A DNA stretch of 64,000 nucleotides from Candidatus Bathyarchaeum tardum. GTDB taxonomy: Archaea > Thermoproteota > Bathyarchaeia > Bathyarchaeales > Bathyarchaeaceae. The DNA is taken from contig CP122380.1 of the NCBI GenBank assembly GCA_024650005.2, positions 1,248,001 to 1,312,000 of the forward strand, written 5' to 3'. A program made the position numbers and the translations under genes. How positions within the stretch are numbered: the stretch's first letter is position 1; each line of letters opens with the position of its first letter. Under the pieces are notes generated by a model. It was not told the origin of the DNA and ran no database searches. It saw only the letters and a program-made list of their open reading frames with translations. Shown here in pieces: positions 10,728 to 20,519 of the stretch.

Positions 10728-11585
10728 TTACTTATTTTTTGGAGGCTCAACATGAATTGTCATCTTCACGTTAGGTTGTTCCTCTTTTATCTCGTCTGCA
10801 AGGTGGTCAGTCAGGTCGTGGGCTTCTTGAACACTTAAGGAACCGTCAACAGAAAGATGCAATTCCGCAAAGACTTGGTTCCCATGTCTGCGAGTTTTTA
10901 AGTTATGAAAATCTATAAAATGGTAAGCATGACGATCAAGAACTTCAATAATTTTGTTTTCTTCATCAGTGCAGGATTGATCCATTAAGCGGTTCGAGGA
11001 TTTAAAAATTAGTTTTAATCCGACCCGGACAACTAACGCTGATACAATAAAGGCTAAGACTGAATCCAAAAAGTTCCAACCAGTTAACTGAGCAACAACC
11101 AAGCCAATCCAGACACCTGCAGTTGAAATTACATCTGAGAACAGATGTTTTGCGCTCCCTTCAAGGGCGGTTGAGCCACAGCTTTTTGCTGTTCGAATCA
11201 ACAATAAAGACAATAGACCATTCAAAACAGTAGCAAATATCGAGACCCCAATGGCAAAATCAAGCTGTAACAATTCAATTGATTCAAAGAGACGCCCAGC
11301 GGCAGCGTAAATAATTAGAGCTGCAGCGATAAGAATTAGAAAACCTTGTAAGAGACTGGATATGTCTTCAACTTTTTCGTGCCCATACTTATGGTCACGG
11401 TCGGGGGCACGTTCTGAAACACATACAGAAAAAAGCATCAACGCTGAAGAAACAATATTAACGATTGATTCCAAGGCATCTGAAAGTAACGCAACAGAAT
11501 TAGAAAGAAAATATGCAACCAGCTTTATAGCAAAGATTGCCACGCCACAGAATACGGCTAGAACTGCAACTTGTTTCTTTTCCAT
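10728..11585 (-). CDS. Cation diffusion facilitator (FieF-like) transporter
   Basis: SVALLSDALES, HKYGHEK, HLFSD, cytoplasmic dimerisation domain ending IHVEP. Confidence 0.93.
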   Translation of the reverse strand: MEKKQVAVLAVFCGVAIFAIKLVAYFLSNSVALLSDALESIVNIVSSALMLFSVCVSERAPDRDHKYGHEKVEDISSLLQGFLILIAAALIIYAAAGRLFESIELLQLDFAIGVSIFATVLNGLLSLLLIRTAKSCGSTALEGSAKHLFSDVISTAGVWIGLVVAQLTGWNFLDSVLAFIVSALVVRVGLKLIFKSSNRLMDQSCTDEENKIIEVLDRHAYHFIDFHNLKTRRHGNQVFAELHLSVDGSLSVQEAHDLTDHLADEIKEEQPNVKMTIHVEPPKNK

Positions 11586-11690
11586 ATGTGCTAGTTCGGT
11601 TGTATCTCGCTTTTAGGTGTTACCCATAAATGAGCAAACAAAATCAGCAACACTTATTGATACAGATACTCATACTTTTTTGATGAACAT

Positions 11691-12287
11691 ATGATTATCG
11701 GCATATGTGGAAGCCCAAGAAAAGCTGCAACTGAACACGTTTTAACTGAAGCTCTTAACATGCTTGAGAGCAAAGGTTTCAAAACTGAGTTGTTTACAGT
11801 AAGAAATAAAAATATTGGATTTTGCATTCACTGTGATTATTGCCTCAAACAAAAAGAGTGCATAAAAAAAGATGACATGACCACAGTTTACAGTTTATTG
11901 AAAAAGGCAAATGGAATTATCTTTGCTACTCCAGTTTATAATGGGGCGGTTAGTGCCCAAATAAAAGCTGTTATGGATCGAACTCGAGCATTACTTGCCT
12001 CAGACAAAAACAGCTTAAAAAATAAAATAGGCATGGCTATTGCAGTGGGAGGTGACCGAAGTGGAGGACAAGAACCTGCAATGCAGCAAATTCACACATT
12101 TTATATTTTAAATGGAATTGTACCCATAAGTGGAGGATTTTTTGGCGCAAATCTTGGAGCTAGTTTATGGTCAAAAGACACCTTAAATGGTGTAAAAGAA
12201 GATTCTGAAGGCTTTCGTGGTTTGAAAAAAACTGTAAAAAAGTTTGCTGATGCATTAAATACGCAAATGAGTGAAAAAGATGTCTGA
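11691..12287 (+). CDS. Iron-sulfur flavoprotein (Isf / flavodoxin family)
   Basis: GSPR, CIHCDYC...C compact Fe-S motif, DDM, TPVY, GGQE. Confidence 0.88.
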   Translation: MIIGICGSPRKAATEHVLTEALNMLESKGFKTELFTVRNKNIGFCIHCDYCLKQKECIKKDDMTTVYSLLKKANGIIFATPVYNGAVSAQIKAVMDRTRALLASDKNSLKNKIGMAIAVGGDRSGGQEPAMQQIHTFYILNGIVPISGGFFGANLGASLWSKDTLNGVKEDSEGFRGLKKTVKKFADALNTQMSEKDV

Positions 12288-12864
12288 TGGACAAGAAACA
12301 AAGAGAAAACGAGTAACTTGGGGCATCACGGGTAGTGGTGATAGAATAAATGAAGTAATTGAAGTCATGAAACAGCTTCGAGAAGACTACAAAGACGACG
12401 TAAGAATAACAGTTTATACCTCTAAAGCAGGGGAGCAAGTAACAAAATTTTATGCCTTATTCAAAGACATCAAAGACAGTTTCGAAAAAGTCAGAACCGA
12501 AGTAAACGCTAACGTTCCGACTCTAGCTGTTCAGCTCCAAAGCGGCAAAATTGAGTTTTTAATAATTGCACCAGTTACTTCAAATACAATTGCAAAACTT
12601 GCAAACGGAATCGCAGACACATTACTAACGAACTCTGCAATAATGGCGTTGAAAACTTTCGTTCCAGTTTACCTGTTACCATGTGACCTTAAAGAAGGAA
12701 CAACAGTCACCCAACTTCCAGACGGCAGTGAAATGAAACTACAAGTAAGAACAGAAGAAGCAGAGCAAACCAAAAAACTAGGGGAAATGAAAGGCGTTTT
12801 CATACTTGAAAAACCCGAAGACATAAAAAAAGTATTTCAAGACCACTTCAAACCACAAGGATAA
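12280..12864 (+). CDS. afpA: Archaeoflavoprotein AfpA-like (HFCD flavoprotein family)
   Basis: WGITGSG, SKAGEQV, APVTSNTIAKLANGIADTL, LP.D; start overlaps the upstream gene end. Confidence 0.8.
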   Translation: MSDGQETKRKRVTWGITGSGDRINEVIEVMKQLREDYKDDVRITVYTSKAGEQVTKFYALFKDIKDSFEKVRTEVNANVPTLAVQLQSGKIEFLIIAPVTSNTIAKLANGIADTLLTNSAIMALKTFVPVYLLPCDLKEGTTVTQLPDGSEMKLQVRTEEAEQTKKLGEMKGVFILEKPEDIKKVFQDHFKPQG

Positions 12865-12943
12865 TTATCAATTCCTTCAGTTTCAGGTGAAAGTAAACAT
12901 TTTTTTTGAACCATATCTACTGACTTCATAAGGGGATAAGTAT

Positions 12944-13225
12944 CTAGGTTGTTTTGTGGTCTTCACCAATTACCGAAATTGAACAGCTAACAGATATGCT
13001 CTCGGTGTATGTTCCACTCTTAACAAAAACTGTGTCTCCATCAGACGCTGTATCTACAGCTTCTTGAATTGTAGAAAAATCGTCTGGAACATAATAAGTA
13101 TTAGATTTCGCAGTAACAGCTCCGATTTGAGAAAAAGAAATATTGAAAACAGAAAAAAGTAATAATAAAAGAATTGTTGATTTTGTATTATTCATAATAT
13201 ATTTAAAATTGTACTTGTTCATCAT
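12944..13225 (-). pseudogene. N-terminal remnant of a NosD-like right-handed beta-helix surface protein
   Basis: Signal peptide plus YVPDDFSTIQEAVD..SDGDTVFVKSGTYTE...IGE, then an abrupt TAG with no continuation. Confidence 0.7.
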
Positions 13226-13242
13226 CTTGAAAAAGAGTTTTT

Positions 13243-13303
13243 GTCAAGAAAAATTGACCAAATCAATAATGATTATTGAACAGGCAAGTCAAGAAACTTT
13301 GAC
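13243..13303. promoter_or_regulatory. Operator cluster: two GTCAA-N6-TTGAC palindromes flanking a Fur-box-like TCAATAAT-G-ATTATTGA
   Basis: Sites at 13243-13258, 13263-13279 and 13288-13303, read directly from the sequence. Confidence 0.5.
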
Positions 13304-13381
13304 AAACCTATTCATATGATTTGTTGAGGGGTTCTGATTAAAATAAACAGTAAGGTTTATTTACAGTAACATCATGACAAA

Positions 13382-13416
13382 ATTACGAGCACTCGTAATA
13401 TACGAGCTTTCGTAAT
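13382..13416. promoter_or_regulatory. Tandem palindromic operator (ATTACGAG-CA-CTCGTAAT plus a degenerate copy), probable DtxR site
   Basis: Perfect 8-2-8 inverted repeat at 13382-13399 and second copy at 13401-13416, just upstream of the dtxR-feoAB start. Confidence 0.65.
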
Positions 13417-13433
13417 TTCCTTTGGTGAAATTC

Positions 13434-14111
13434 ATGAACAGCAAAGAAATCGAAGTAACAAATCAAGCCGAAGAATACCTAGAGGCAATTTACCGCTTGG
13501 AAAACAAAACAGGATTTGCACGAACAATGGATCTTTCTCGAGAGTTGGGGGTGGTTCCGGGTTCGATTACAAACACGGTGGAGAATCTAGAGCGGAAGCA
13601 ACTGGTTGTTCATGAACCATATAAAGGAGTGAAATTAACCCCAAGTGGACGCAAAATTGCATCCAGCATATTGAGGCGACATCGCCTCGCAGAACGATTG
13701 CTTACTGACTTCTTACAAATAGATTGGAGCGAAGTCCATGACCCCGCATGTAAGCTTGAACATGCCCTTACCCCCGAAATCCTTAAGCCTTTAGAGAAAG
13801 CTTTAGGTCACCCTAAAACGTGCCCTCACGGAAATCCCATACCTACAGACTGCGGAGGAATCTATGAAGGAAAAACAGTTGCATTGACTGACCTACGCAC
13901 TAATACAAGGGGTGTTATTGTAAAAATTACTGAAGAAAAGCCTGAAATTCTCAAGGAACTTGCTAGGCTTAATCTTACTCCTGAAGAGGAAGTAAAAATT
14001 GTAAACAAAATGGATGAAAATGGTCTTTTAGAAATATGGGTTAGAAATCAAAGCTGTTCAATCGAGCAAAGTTTAGCATCGATAATTTTTGTTGAAAAAT
14101 TGGAGACGTGA
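13434..14111 (+). CDS. DtxR/MntR family metal-dependent repressor with FeoA-like C-terminal domain
   Basis: EEYLEAIY, wHTH, RRHRLAERLL, ACKLEH, CPHGNPIP. Confidence 0.93.
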   Translation: MNSKEIEVTNQAEEYLEAIYRLENKTGFARTMDLSRELGVVPGSITNTVENLERKQLVVHEPYKGVKLTPSGRKIASSILRRHRLAERLLTDFLQIDWSEVHDPACKLEHALTPEILKPLEKALGHPKTCPHGNPIPTDCGGIYEGKTVALTDLRTNTRGVIVKITEEKPEILKELARLNLTPEEEVKIVNKMDENGLLEIWVRNQSCSIEQSLASIIFVEKLET

Positions 14112-14118
14112 AAACCTA

Positions 14119-14415
14119 ATGCAGATACCATTAACTGAATTAAAAAACGGCGAGAAAGGAATCATAGTTTCTACTGTCTTCAAGTCCCCGGATGCTCCAA
14201 TGTGCCAGCATCGTGCCCGAAAAGGTTGGAAAAAGAAAGCATCGATTGAGTTGTGCATTAAAAGGCTGACTGATTTAGGTTTAACTCCAGGCACAGAAGT
14301 GACTGTTGTTAAGTCTGCACCCTTCAAGGGTCCATTAGAAATTTATGTCAGGGGATCCCGCCTAGCGATTGGCAGAGGAATGGCAAGTCGAATACTAATG
14401 GAAGTGAAACGATGA
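14119..14415 (+). CDS. feoA: Ferrous iron transport protein A
   Basis: RLTDLGLTPG, APFKGP, GSRLAIGRG; overlaps the feoB start (ATGA). Confidence 0.9.
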   Translation: MQIPLTELKNGEKGIIVSTVFKSPDAPMCQHRARKGWKKKASIELCIKRLTDLGLTPGTEVTVVKSAPFKGPLEIYVRGSRLAIGRGMASRILMEVKR

Positions 14416-16346
14416 AAGAAAAAAATTTTACTATTGCCTTAGCAGGAAACGCCAACGTTGGAAAATCGGTCATATTTAATCAGCTAACAGGCTTGCATCA
14501 GCACATTGGAAACTGGCCGGGAAAAACTGTAGAAAAAGCAGAGGGAACCCTAAACTACAAAGGCTACACGATTGACTTCGTAGATTTGCCTGGAATCTAT
14601 TCTTTGTCAACATACTCCATAGAAGAACTAGTATCACGTGAATACATCGCAACAGAAAAACCAGATTTGGTAATAAATGTGGTAGATGCTTCACTTCTAG
14701 AAAGGAACCTGTTTTTCACATTGCAACTCTTAGAACTTGAGGCACCTTTACTTATCGCCCTAAACCAGATAGACCTAGCCAAAAAGAAAGGAATCTTAAT
14801 CGACACCAACAAAGCGGAAAAAGTCCTTGGAGTTCCAGTTGTTCCAACAGTTGCTGTAACAGGAAAGGGGATTTCAGACATGCTGGACATTGCTATTGCA
14901 GTTATTGAAAAAAACTGTAAAACTCATCCCCTTAAGCCCAAGTACGGAAAAGAAATTGAAGAAAAAATCAATCAATTAGTAGAACTTCTCAAATCAACAG
15001 ATTTGAAGTACCCTCCAAGATGGATTGCCATCAAACTTTTAGACGAAGACAAAGAAATCGAAAAACTAGTGCATGAACAGAATTCACAAATCACAAAAAT
15101 TGCTGAAAAACTACGGGGAGACCTAGAAAAATGTCATGGTCATTCTTGTCCAACTGTAATTACTTCGGAAAGGTATCAAGTTGCAAGCATAATTGCAAAC
15201 GAGATTCAACAAATAACTGAACCAGTAAAAACTCCTCTGCGAGAAAAACTTCACACAGCTACTACCCATAGGGTCTTTGGTTACCCAATAATGTTAGGAA
15301 CTATTCTTGCAGTTTTTGTTGCAATATTCAGTTTCGGGGATTTCACATCTGCTCTTGTTGGTGATTTCCTGATGGGGTTACAACCCACCGTTGAAAGTGT
15401 TCTTGGAACTGGAATAGTAACTGAACTATTATGGGGAGGAATAATGGAAGGAATAATCGGTGGAATCACAGTTGCATTACCGTACATTTTGCCGTTCTAT
15501 TTCATATTATACCTGTTTGAAGACTCAGGATACCTTAGCCGAATTGCATTTTTGATGGACAGGCTAATGCATCGAATGGGACTGCATGGAAAAGCTTTCA
15601 TTCCAGTTATGCTCAGTTTCGGCTGTAATGTTCCAGGTTGCCTTGGATGCCGAATAATGGAAACCAGCCGAGAGCGACTGCTAACGGCTTTTGTTGTTAC
15701 TTTGATTCCTTGTGCTGCAACTTCAGTCATCATTTTAGGACTAGTAGGAGCACATGTTGGAATCGAGTGGGCACTCGCATTATACATCATTAACCTGATT
15801 CTCGTATTCGTCCTAGGGAGAATCGCTTTCAAAGCCTTGCCTGGAGAACCAACCGAACTGATAATGGAAATGAGCGACTACCGTATCCCCCACATGAAAA
15901 CAGTTACCAAACAAACATGGTTTAGGCTAAGGGAATTCATCGTCATGGCCTTCCCCCTTATCATTGCAGGCAGTTTTGTAATTAAACTGGCAGAAGTTGC
16001 AAACTTACTAGAACCAATTGCTAACATAGCAAGCCCGATAACTGTTGCATGGCTTGGATTACCCGCTGTTACAGGAATTGCGTTAATCTTTGGAGTCCTA
16101 CGAAAAGAACTTACCCTGATAATGCTTGCAACATTACTAGGAACAACAAACTTTGCAACAGTAATGACACCAACACAAATGATAGTTTTCACCCTAGTGG
16201 TTATGCTTTACATTCCATGCGTTGCTACAATTGGAGCATTAGTCAAAGAGTTTGGGTGGAAAAAAGCTACAACAATAACAGTAATAGAAATTGCCCTTGC
16301 GCTAGTCCTCGGAGGAATAGCCTTCAGGCTACTCACGATAATTTAA
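14412..16346 (+). CDS. feoB: Ferrous iron transport protein B
   Basis: GNANVGKS, GNWPGKTVE, DLPGIYSL GTPase domain; EDSGY; gate domains; YIPC. Confidence 0.96.
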   Translation: MKEKNFTIALAGNANVGKSVIFNQLTGLHQHIGNWPGKTVEKAEGTLNYKGYTIDFVDLPGIYSLSTYSIEELVSREYIATEKPDLVINVVDASLLERNLFFTLQLLELEAPLLIALNQIDLAKKKGILIDTNKAEKVLGVPVVPTVAVTGKGISDMLDIAIAVIEKNCKTHPLKPKYGKEIEEKINQLVELLKSTDLKYPPRWIAIKLLDEDKEIEKLVHEQNSQITKIAEKLRGDLEKCHGHSCPTVITSERYQVASIIANEIQQITEPVKTPLREKLHTATTHRVFGYPIMLGTILAVFVAIFSFGDFTSALVGDFLMGLQPTVESVLGTGIVTELLWGGIMEGIIGGITVALPYILPFYFILYLFEDSGYLSRIAFLMDRLMHRMGLHGKAFIPVMLSFGCNVPGCLGCRIMETSRERLLTAFVVTLIPCAATSVIILGLVGAHVGIEWALALYIINLILVFVLGRIAFKALPGEPTELIMEMSDYRIPHMKTVTKQTWFRLREFIVMAFPLIIAGSFVIKLAEVANLLEPIANIASPITVAWLGLPAVTGIALIFGVLRKELTLIMLATLLGTTNFATVMTPTQMIVFTLVVMLYIPCVATIGALVKEFGWKKATTITVIEIALALVLGGIAFRLLTII

Positions 16347-16373
16347 CATGACTACTAAACAAAATACCAGCAA

Positions 16374-16955
16374 CTACTTAGCTTCTTTAAGTGGTCCCCT
16401 GTAATAACTTAATGCAGGGCAACCTACACATTTTTTATCTTCAAAGGATTGACAGCCATCACATTTGACTCCACAAGGGGCAATGTCTGCACTTTCACGC
16501 AGTGCATCAGCCTTCAAAGGCATGTACGGATAATGATGAATTCCACCAATAAGATAAATTTCTGATCTTCGGATTCCTTCGCCACTGCGCAATGCACATT
16601 TTTCAACACACTCGCTTTCCAGTGTAGCTTGATCTTCTGCCATCACCAAGGCAATTAAATTGAATCCTCCCATTGTGGTAAAAAAGTTGATTATCCTAGG
16701 ACATTTGCTATAACGGTCAATTATTTTTCGCATTGCTTCTGCATTTTCAATCTCCAACAAGATCAGTGCTAAACGCAGGTCAAGTTTATCGGTGTTTACC
16801 ATAGCTGAAATGTCAATTATGCCGTTACCAAGCAATTTATCAACTCTTTTTTTTGCTCCTAAACTAGTAAAACCGATGGCTTCACCTAAATCTTTGAATG
16901 TTTTCCTACCATCAGATTGAAGTTGCATTATTAGTTTCCAGTCAATGGCGTCCAT
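16374..16955 (-). CDS. Lrp/AsnC family regulator with C-terminal cysteine cluster
   Basis: D..D..I...LQ.DGR wHTH, RAM-like domain, then APCGVKCDGC...KCVGCP. Confidence 0.85.
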   Translation of the reverse strand: MDAIDWKLIMQLQSDGRKTFKDLGEAIGFTSLGAKKRVDKLLGNGIIDISAMVNTDKLDLRLALILLEIENAEAMRKIIDRYSKCPRIINFFTTMGGFNLIALVMAEDQATLESECVEKCALRSGEGIRRSEIYLIGGIHHYPYMPLKADALRESADIAPCGVKCDGCQSFEDKKCVGCPALSYYRGPLKEAK

Positions 16956-17049
16956 GTTAAATCAGCAGTTATTTTACTAAACGAAACGTTTATTAAATGT
17001 TTTGATTTGTAAACAAACATAACAAGGATTATTAATTTAGTGATAAAAA

Positions 17050-17883
17050 ATGGAAAATCAAGCTGCAGTACAAAAGGACCAAAATCTGAAAAAGAACATG
17101 AGTAAAATCAAGCACAAAATTGCAATAATTAGCGGAAAAGGCGGAGTGGGCAAAAGCACAGTATCAGCAAATTTGGCAATTGCATTCGCAATAAACGGAC
17201 ACCGAAACCGCGTTGGAATGCTAGATGTAGATATCCACGGACCATGCATCCCCAAACTTCTGGGTGTAAAAGGAGAAAAACTTCAAATTACACCCAATGG
17301 AGCGTATCCAGTAACCAACTCTGAAGGAATCAAGGTAGTATCCATGGATTTTTTGGTAACAAACCAAGAAACCCCAATTGTATGGCGTGGTCCATTAAAG
17401 ATGCAAGCAATCAAGCAGTTTTTATCAGATTTTATTTGGGGCGAGCTGGATTTTCTGTTTATCGATGCACCACCGGGAACTGGAGATGAACCCCTTAGCA
17501 CAATGCAACTCATTCCAGAAATGGATGGAACAATAATTGTTACTATTCCCTCGCAAGTTTCTGAAGACGTAGTTAAAAAAGCTGTTATTTTTTCAAGACA
17601 GATGAAAATTCCTGTCATCGGCATTGTAGAAAACATGAGTGGATTTGTTTGCCCTAAATGTGGCGAATCTGTTAACATTCTGGGTTCAGGGGCAGGAAAA
17701 CGAATAGCTGAAGAATTAAAGGTGCCTTTTCTGGGACAAATTCCAATGGACCCCAAAATCTGTGAAGAAGCAGACAAGGGAACAACATTCTTGAAAAAGT
17801 ACCCCGATTCGCCTGCAACTAAGGCATTCAAAGAAATTGTGAAAAAAATTGAAGATTTCTTAAAAAACAAAAAAACAGAATGA
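17050..17883 (+). CDS. mrp: Mrp/NBP35 Fe-S cluster carrier ATPase
   Basis: SGKGGVGKS, DIHGP, WRGP, D.PPGTGDE, ENMS..CP.C. Confidence 0.94.
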   Translation: MENQAAVQKDQNLKKNMSKIKHKIAIISGKGGVGKSTVSANLAIAFAINGHRNRVGMLDVDIHGPCIPKLLGVKGEKLQITPNGAYPVTNSEGIKVVSMDFLVTNQETPIVWRGPLKMQAIKQFLSDFIWGELDFLFIDAPPGTGDEPLSTMQLIPEMDGTIIVTIPSQVSEDVVKKAVIFSRQMKIPVIGIVENMSGFVCPKCGESVNILGSGAGKRIAEELKVPFLGQIPMDPKICEEADKGTTFLKKYPDSPATKAFKEIVKKIEDFLKNKKTE

Positions 17884-17901
17884 AAGGAGAAAAAGAACCT
17901 A

Positions 17902-18288
17902 ATGAAAATTTGTGTTTCAGCATCTTCAAACAGTTTGGATGCAAATGTGGATTCAAGGTTTGGCAGATGCCCATATTTTGTGGTAGTAAATTCTGAAACC
18001 ATGGAGTTTAATGTAGTTTTGAATGATTCTACAAACGCTGCTCACGGAGCGGGAATTCAAGCTGCTCAGACAGTAGTAAACAGTGGAGCAAAAGTAGTAA
18101 TCACAGGCAATGTTGGACCGAACGCCTTCAAAGTTTTGTCTGCAACAGGAATTAAGGTTATAACTGGAGTTTCTGGCAATATCAAAGAAGCTGTTGAAAA
18201 ATACAAAAACGGTGAACTTGAAGAAACATCCAATCCAACTGTTGGAGGACATTTCGGAATGGGAAAAGGAGCATCCAAAGGGCAATAA
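17902..18288 (+). CDS. NifB/NifX (dinitrogenase FeMo-cofactor domain) family protein
   Basis: RFGRCPYF, GAGIQAAQ, GNVGPNA. Confidence 0.9.
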   Translation: MKICVSASSNSLDANVDSRFGRCPYFVVVNSETMEFNVVLNDSTNAAHGAGIQAAQTVVNSGAKVVITGNVGPNAFKVLSATGIKVITGVSGNIKEAVEKYKNGELEETSNPTVGGHFGMGKGASKGQ

Positions 18289-18322
18289 TTTTCGAAAAAT
18301 GTTACATGGAGGTGCAAGTTAA

Positions 18323-18697
18323 ATGAATACAAGATTAGTCATTCCAGTTTCAGAAGAAAATGGTCTAGATTCTATGCTTTCTCAACACTTTGGCAGAGCT
18401 CCATTCTATGCAATAATTGACTTAGATGAAAACGGGAAAGTAATCGGTAACGGAACAATAGCAAACACTAGCGAACACTTTGGAGGAGTAGGATTGCCAC
18501 CAGATAGAATAATGCAATTGAAACCAAAAGCTCTAGTTACATATGGTTTAGGTTCAAAAGCACTGCAGATGTTCCAAGCAGGCGGCGTTGCAGTTTTACG
18601 AACGGAAGCAAACACAGTAAAAGATGTTGTCACAGCCTACAACAACGATGAACTTCAAGAATTAACAACAGGATGCAGTCAGTCCCACAACCACTAA
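18323..18697 (+). CDS. NifB/NifX family protein
   Basis: HFGRAPFY, GLGSKA, C-terminal C..H.H. Confidence 0.88.
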   Translation: MNTRLVIPVSEENGLDSMLSQHFGRAPFYAIIDLDENGKVIGNGTIANTSEHFGGVGLPPDRIMQLKPKALVTYGLGSKALQMFQAGGVAVLRTEANTVKDVVTAYNNDELQELTTGCSQSHNH

Positions 18698-19573
18698 GTG
18701 CAAAAAGATCACGTTAGCAATCAAAAGAAGAGAAATAGATTGATAATAACGGTTGCAAGCGGAAAAGGGGGAACCGGAAAAACAACAGTAGCCGTAAATT
18801 TGGCTCTTTCCTTAGATAATGTCCAACTACTTGATTGCGACGTTGAAGAACCAAACGCCCATATTTTATTAAATCCAAAAATAACTCAAACTAAACCAGT
18901 TCACAGTTTAGTCCCCGTAATTTCGGAGGACAAATGTGTCTATTGTGGAAAATGTGCAAAATTTTGTGAATTTAACGCCCTGTTTGTAGCCCCAAAGACC
19001 GTTTTGGTTTTCCCTGAATTGTGCCACAGCTGTGGAGGATGCATGCTAGTTTGTTCCAAAGACGCAATCACTGAAACAAAAAGGAAAATAGGCGTCATAA
19101 AAAAGGGAAATTCTAACAACATTGACCTAGTTTATGGTGAACTCAATGTTGGCGAGGCAATGGCTGTTCCATTGATAAAGGCAGTTAAGGCAGAAATTAA
19201 CCCCAGTAAAAACGTGGTAATTGATGCCCCTCCTGGAACTGCCTGTTCGTTGGTTTCTTCGGTTCATAAAACAGATTATTGCATTCTTGTTACTGAACCC
19301 ACCCCCTTTGGTTTGCATGATTTGAAGATAACTGTTCAAGTTTTGAAAAATCTTGGAGTGCCCATGGGGGTTATAATTAATCGTGCAGAAGTAGGTGACA
19401 AAAAAGTTTACGATTACTGTAAACAAGAAAACATACCCATTCTGATGGAGATTCCGTTTAGTAAAAAAATTGCAGAGCTGTATTCTCGTGGAGTTCCATT
19501 TGTAACAGACATGCCAGAGTGGAAAAACAAGTTTCAGGAAATGCAAAAAACAATACAGAGGTGCCAAAAATGA
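18698..19573 (+). CDS. MinD-superfamily P-loop ATPase with inserted ferredoxin domain
   Basis: SGKGGTGKT, DCDVEEPN, two 4Fe-4S motifs, PPGTAC, TEPTPFGLHD. Confidence 0.92.
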   Translation: MQKDHVSNQKKRNRLIITVASGKGGTGKTTVAVNLALSLDNVQLLDCDVEEPNAHILLNPKITQTKPVHSLVPVISEDKCVYCGKCAKFCEFNALFVAPKTVLVFPELCHSCGGCMLVCSKDAITETKRKIGVIKKGNSNNIDLVYGELNVGEAMAVPLIKAVKAEINPSKNVVIDAPPGTACSLVSSVHKTDYCILVTEPTPFGLHDLKITVQVLKNLGVPMGVIINRAEVGDKKVYDYCKQENIPILMEIPFSKKIAELYSRGVPFVTDMPEWKNKFQEMQKTIQRCQK

Positions 19574-20433
19574 CCAGAGAAATTACAATACTTAGCGGAA
19601 AAGGTGGAACAGGAAAAACTAGTGTAACTGCGTCTCTTGCTGTTTTGGCAAAAAATGCTGTAATAACTGACTGTGATGTTGATGCTCCTGATCTTCACAT
19701 GTTGCTAAATCCTGCAGTTTTGGAGACACAAGAGTTCAAAGCGTCCAGAGTCGCAGTAATAGATTCTGATACTTGTGTACAATGCAGAAAATGTGAAGAA
19801 CACTGCCGCTTTGGAGCCATAACCCAACAAGGAATTGACCCAATTTTGTGCGAAGGTTGCGGAGTATGTGTTTACGTTTGCCCATTAGCTGCAATAAAAC
19901 TGGAAAAACGAGTTTCAGGACAAGCTTTCATTTCAAAGACTGAATACGGTTTGATGTCCCATGCGTTGCTAAATCCAGGGGAAGAAAACTCTGGCAAACT
20001 TGTGTCGTTAGTTAGAAAAAATGCAAAAAAAGTTGCAGAAAAAGAAAACTGTGATTTAATCATAAACGACGGTCCACCGGGAATTGGTTGCCCAGTAATT
20101 GCATCAGTAGGTGGAGTGGACCTAGGTATAATAGTAGTAGAGCCAACGTTATCAGGAATTCATGACATGATACGAGCACTTGAGTTGCTTAACCATTTTA
20201 AGATATCTGCACAGGTTTGTATAAATAAGTACGATTTAAACGAACAAAACACATTGAATATAATCCTATTTTGTGAAAAGAACAAAGTAGATGTAGTGGG
20301 AAAGATACCCTTTGATTCCATATTTACCGAAGCAATGGTTGCAGGAAAACCAGTAATTGAACATGCCCCCGACAGCAAAGTTTCAAATGCAATAAAAAAA
20401 ATATGGAGAAATATAACTCAGTCCATAGAATAA
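19570..20433 (+). CDS. MinD-superfamily P-loop ATPase with inserted ferredoxin domain (second paralog)
   Basis: SGKGGTGKT, DCDVDA, CVQCRKC..C, CEGCGVC..CP, ENSGKLV, GPPGIGCPV. Confidence 0.92.
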   Translation: MTREITILSGKGGTGKTSVTASLAVLAKNAVITDCDVDAPDLHMLLNPAVLETQEFKASRVAVIDSDTCVQCRKCEEHCRFGAITQQGIDPILCEGCGVCVYVCPLAAIKLEKRVSGQAFISKTEYGLMSHALLNPGEENSGKLVSLVRKNAKKVAEKENCDLIINDGPPGIGCPVIASVGGVDLGIIVVEPTLSGIHDMIRALELLNHFKISAQVCINKYDLNEQNTLNIILFCEKNKVDVVGKIPFDSIFTEAMVAGKPVIEHAPDSKVSNAIKKIWRNITQSIE

Positions 20434-20519
20434 ATACGGTTTATTAAAGATTTGAAATAAGTTTTGCGAATTCAGAAGTTTTTTTATTAAGAATTCAAAT
20501 TGTTTCATCGACACCCACT

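Noticed and set aside
12920-12946. Pyrrolysine read-through of the TAG ending the beta-helix fragment
   Set aside because: The frame closes again after five codons; simple truncation.
17283-18002. 239-aa minus-strand ORF and many similar antisense ORFs in the track
   Set aside because: Shadow frames of well-supported genes on the opposite strand.
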